Virus record (IMG/VR): IMGVR_UViG_3300032893_000050
Location: 1-58,591 of that record
From: a virus
Taxonomy: Duplodnaviria > Caudoviricetes
Length of the DNA stretch: 58,591 bases
Reading direction: 5' to 3' (one strand)
A program made the translations under genes and the position numbers. Below, piece by piece: positions 55,964 through 58,591 of the stretch (positions within the stretch are counted from its first letter, which is position 1; each line of letters opens with the position of its first letter). The notes under the pieces were generated by a model. That model ran no database searches, was not told the DNA's origin, and saw only the letters and a list, made by a program, of their open reading frames with translations.

Positions 55964-57457
55964 TTACTCCGCAGCCTCAACTTTCTGTTCGACGTATGGC
56001 ACGCCGCGCAGCTCGCCATCGGTCGCCATTGCTGTGATGACGAATGCTCCGTGCGCTTTTGCCGCCGAGTGTAGCTCATTGCGTAGGCTTCGTGCCAGTT
56101 CGCCAAACGCCTCCTGAGGAAATGCAATCAACCGGTTCTTGCGCGTCGCAATACGCATGATTTCGTGCCACTTCTCGCCACCGCTGAGCTCGTCGAAATA
56201 CTCATGGTCGCTGCGATCAGTAGCGACAACCAGGCGCGGGTCACCATCTTCTGACATGCGCACGCGCAGTGGGCAGTCTTCCAGCGACGCGATCGAGTTC
56301 GAGAGCACCTCAAACGTATCGGCAGCAGCTTGGCGCAGCCTGTCCGCATGCTCCGCAAGCTGCGCAGCCTTGGCCAAGTGTTCCTTGGCGCGGTCGCGCG
56401 CCTTGAGCGCTGACCGTATCGCGATGGCCTGCTCGACAGCTCTGCGCGCGGTTCCCACGGATTCAGCCGCGTCGTCCACCTCGTCGTCGGTTGTTTCGGT
56501 GGCCCCGCTGGCTGCTTCGATTGCAGAGTCTAGTTCGCCGCGAAGTGACACCTGAGAATTCGCACTATTGAGTTCGCTCCTCGCGTTGCGCTCCTTCTCG
56601 GCGGACAGCTTCTGCTGCGCTTCGGCGTCACGGAGCATCTCCGAGATTCGTGCTACTTGAAGGTTAGCTTGCCTAAGTTCACCGGCAGCCTGCTCGAATG
56701 CTTCGCTGGCCTCGTACACCGACTTCCCAGGCGGCAACTTCGCGAGCCGTGCGCGCGCCTCGTCAGCGGCCTGGACGGTCCTGAGGTATGTCGCCCGCTT
56801 TTCCTTGATGGTACTATGCTCCCGGATCGCGTCCTCGAGATTGCGTTGCAACGTCTGCTCATCGGGCGGCTCTGCATCGCCAACGCCTTCAGCTATGGTC
56901 AGCTGTGCCTTGGCGTCGGACTCTGCGGTCCGCTTCTGATCCTCGATGCGCCGGCACTCACGCTCAATCTCGCTCTTAGTCCGCGTTGCCATCTCGACCA
57001 AGTCTGTCGTCTCCATGAGTTTGTCCGACACAATCTCGCGGAAATTCGCGCGGCCGCCAAGCAGCGGGTAGAACAGTTCCGGGCGCGCATCGGCGCCAGC
57101 CAGACGACACAGCGTCACAATGCGATGACGGTCACGGGTCTTGGCATCCTGGAATTTGGGCGAGTGCAGATCGACGATCGACAAGTCGCCAAGCCCCTCG
57201 ACTGACAAGTCTCCTTCTGACCGAGTCGTCTTGCTAATTCTGACAGTCTTGCCGGCGACCTCGGCTAGTCCCCTGTTTGCACCGTCGCGCTTCGTGGGCT
57301 TGACGTCGCAGCGCCCATCGACCACCAGTTGAATCGTGCGTATACAGGTAGATTTTCCGGCTCCTGGATTTCCCTCTAGAACATAGAGGCCAGGCTCGGT
57401 CATCTGGAATTCAAACTCAGTGATAGGTCCAATGTTTTCGATGTGTATACTAGGCAT
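55964..57457 (-). CDS. Rad50/SMC-like ABC ATPase with coiled coil
   Basis: GGAGG RBS; IENIGPI, GNPGAGKST, LSGGEK. Confidence 0.8.
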   Translation of the reverse strand: MPSIHIENIGPITEFEFQMTEPGLYVLEGNPGAGKSTCIRTIQLVVDGRCDVKPTKRDGANRGLAEVAGKTVRISKTTRSEGDLSVEGLGDLSIVDLHSPKFQDAKTRDRHRIVTLCRLAGADARPELFYPLLGGRANFREIVSDKLMETTDLVEMATRTKSEIERECRRIEDQKRTAESDAKAQLTIAEGVGDAEPPDEQTLQRNLEDAIREHSTIKEKRATYLRTVQAADEARARLAKLPPGKSVYEASEAFEQAAGELRQANLQVARISEMLRDAEAQQKLSAEKERNARSELNSANSQVSLRGELDSAIEAASGATETTDDEVDDAAESVGTARRAVEQAIAIRSALKARDRAKEHLAKAAQLAEHADRLRQAAADTFEVLSNSIASLEDCPLRVRMSEDGDPRLVVATDRSDHEYFDELSGGEKWHEIMRIATRKNRLIAFPQEAFGELARSLRNELHSAAKAHGAFVITAMATDGELRGVPYVEQKVEAAE

Positions 57458-57667
57458 GTTGCCTCCAAATCTGTGTGATCCTGTACGTTCAAGCTGTCGG
57501 AATAATTCCCGGGAAATGCCGCGAAATGTCGATGATCGTGTGGGCAAATCGGTCAAGGGTTGCCCGATGATTGCGCACTCCAAATCGGTGGCTGAGCACG
57601 ATCGAAAACGCCAGAGTTTCGATGGTGTCGATCGCGAAGCAGCGCCCGCATGAGCAGCCGTTGAGGC

Positions 57668-57907
57668 CTATCTTGAACACGACTCAAGCTCCCGCAGTTG
57701 CTCCCGCAACTCGGCGTCAATCGTGACATCGGCGTATTCGTTAAATGCCAATACCATCGGGTGCCTCGGAAAGTTCTTGCTCAGCTCGTCAACCACGGGC
57801 TTTGCTGCCAGCGCGAACCGATTGGCTACCGCAACTCTGTGCAGAAGGTCCGCGTAGTTCGGATTGCCGGCGCTTCGTTGAGTTGTTGGTGAGTCATTCA
57901 TGGGCAT
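57668..57907 (-). CDS. Hypothetical protein
   Basis: Coupled ORF. Confidence 0.5.
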   Translation of the reverse strand: MPMNDSPTTQRSAGNPNYADLLHRVAVANRFALAAKPVVDELSKNFPRHPMVLAFNEYADVTIDAELREQLRELESCSR

Positions 57908-58076
57908 CCCTCATCACCGTCATGACATGGCGGCTCAATCGGTCGTATTCGAGACGCAGCACGTCGATCGGCTCAGCGTGCATGTCGAGCGCCACTGAGA
58001 CGCCCTTGAGATATGCCGACGCAAGGTGCGGCTTATCGGGGCAGTTCGCGAGCAGTGGGCTAAGCGACTCAGGCAT
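57894..58076 (-). CDS. Hypothetical protein (MPESLSPLL...)
   Basis: GAGG RBS; overlaps upstream stop. Confidence 0.45.
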   Translation of the reverse strand: MPESLSPLLANCPDKPHLASAYLKGVSVALDMHAEPIDVLRLEYDRLSRHVMTVMRDAHE

Positions 58077-58591
58077 TGGATGCCTCGCCAATTCCCATCG
58101 CCTCAATATACGCCTTGACAGCGAGATAGTTTGCTCGAATGCGTTTGAAGTCTTCCGATTCGCGCGGGGTCTCGAATACCTCGGAACTTGCAAACCATTC
58201 ATCCCATTCAGCAATCGATTTGGACTTGCATCCAATGTGGATGATCCCGTCGAGTCTGTATGTGACGCTCCATTTGCACCAGATCGGTACCCTTGCGCCG
58301 TCGAGACTTGCGCGGACGAGCCTTGCGCGGACGAGACTTGCGCCGTCGAGCCTTGCGCCGTCGAGCCTTGCGCCGTCGAGACTTGCGCCGTCGAGACTTG
58401 CGCCGTCGAGACTTGCGCCGTCGAGACTTGCGCCGTCGAGCCTTGCGCGGACGAGCCTTGCGTAGTCGAGACTTGCGCGGACGAGCCTTGCGCCGTCGAG
58501 CCTTGCGCCGTCGAGCCTTGCGTAGTCGAGCCTTGCGCCGTCGAGCCTTGCGCGGACGAGACTTGCGCCGACGAGGCTAGCGCGGACGTGA
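58069..58591 (-). CDS. Pentapeptide-repeat protein (5'-partial), absent from the ORF track
   Basis: Manual translation: (A[RS]L[DV][GRY])n then VPIWCKWSV...[17 protein letters not shown]...SNA*. Confidence 0.85.
   Translation of the reverse strand, partial: HVRASLVGASLVRARLDGARLDYARLDGARLDGARLVRASLDYARLVRARLDGASLDGASLDGASLDGASLDGARLDGARLDGASLVRARLVRASLDGARVPIWCKWSVTYRLDGIIHIGCKSKSIAEWDEWFASSEVFETPRESEDFKRIRANYLAVKAYIEAMGIGEASNA
58291..58591 (-). repeat. 15-bp tandem repeat (about 20 units) coding pentapeptides
   Basis: Units ccttgcgccgtcgag / acttgcgccgtcgag / ccttgcgcggacgag. Confidence 0.95.

Noticed and set aside
58139-58580. Plus-strand Arg-rich and LAPSR ORFs
   Set aside because: Shadows of the minus-strand pentapeptide-repeat gene
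1-58591. Genome-wide TAG-to-Gln recoding, suggested by the amber at 50072
   Set aside because: Many core genes (capsid, adaptor, tape measure, hub, spike, wedge) end in TAG at natural boundaries, often with the next start a few bases later; no suppressor tRNA seen

Overview
The window is most of the genome of a tailed dsDNA phage or prophage with a contractile tail. Both ends break inside low-complexity coding repeats: a 12-bp xAAT repeat in a DUF6745-like gene on the left and a 15-bp pentapeptide repeat on the right. The + strand carries a Q-like regulator, a ParB / methyltransferase-like / DUF5131 cluster, terminase, a Mu-type head module (DUF935 portal, protease polyprotein, cement, capsid), a Mu-type neck, sheath, tube, tape measure and baseplate, then fibres and a holin-like gene. 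The - strand from about 48.5 kb carries early and recombination genes (SSAP-like, Cas4-like nuclease, HNH, Rad50/SMC-like ATPase). A stand-alone Fis-type HTH resembling the C-terminus of myxobacterial sigma54 activators, plus a Cys-rich lipoprotein, suggest a Myxococcota host (inference). No integrase, transposase, replicase or endolysin is visible. The most unusual feature is an antisense operon (24.7-27.3 kb) between the tail chaperones and the tape measure. Several of its small ORFs each resemble a fragment of a different virion protein (prohead protease, sheath, cement, portal, major capsid), making it a candidate decoy or assembly-interference cassette. All family assignments come from motifs read by eye and from gene order; no database search was run.
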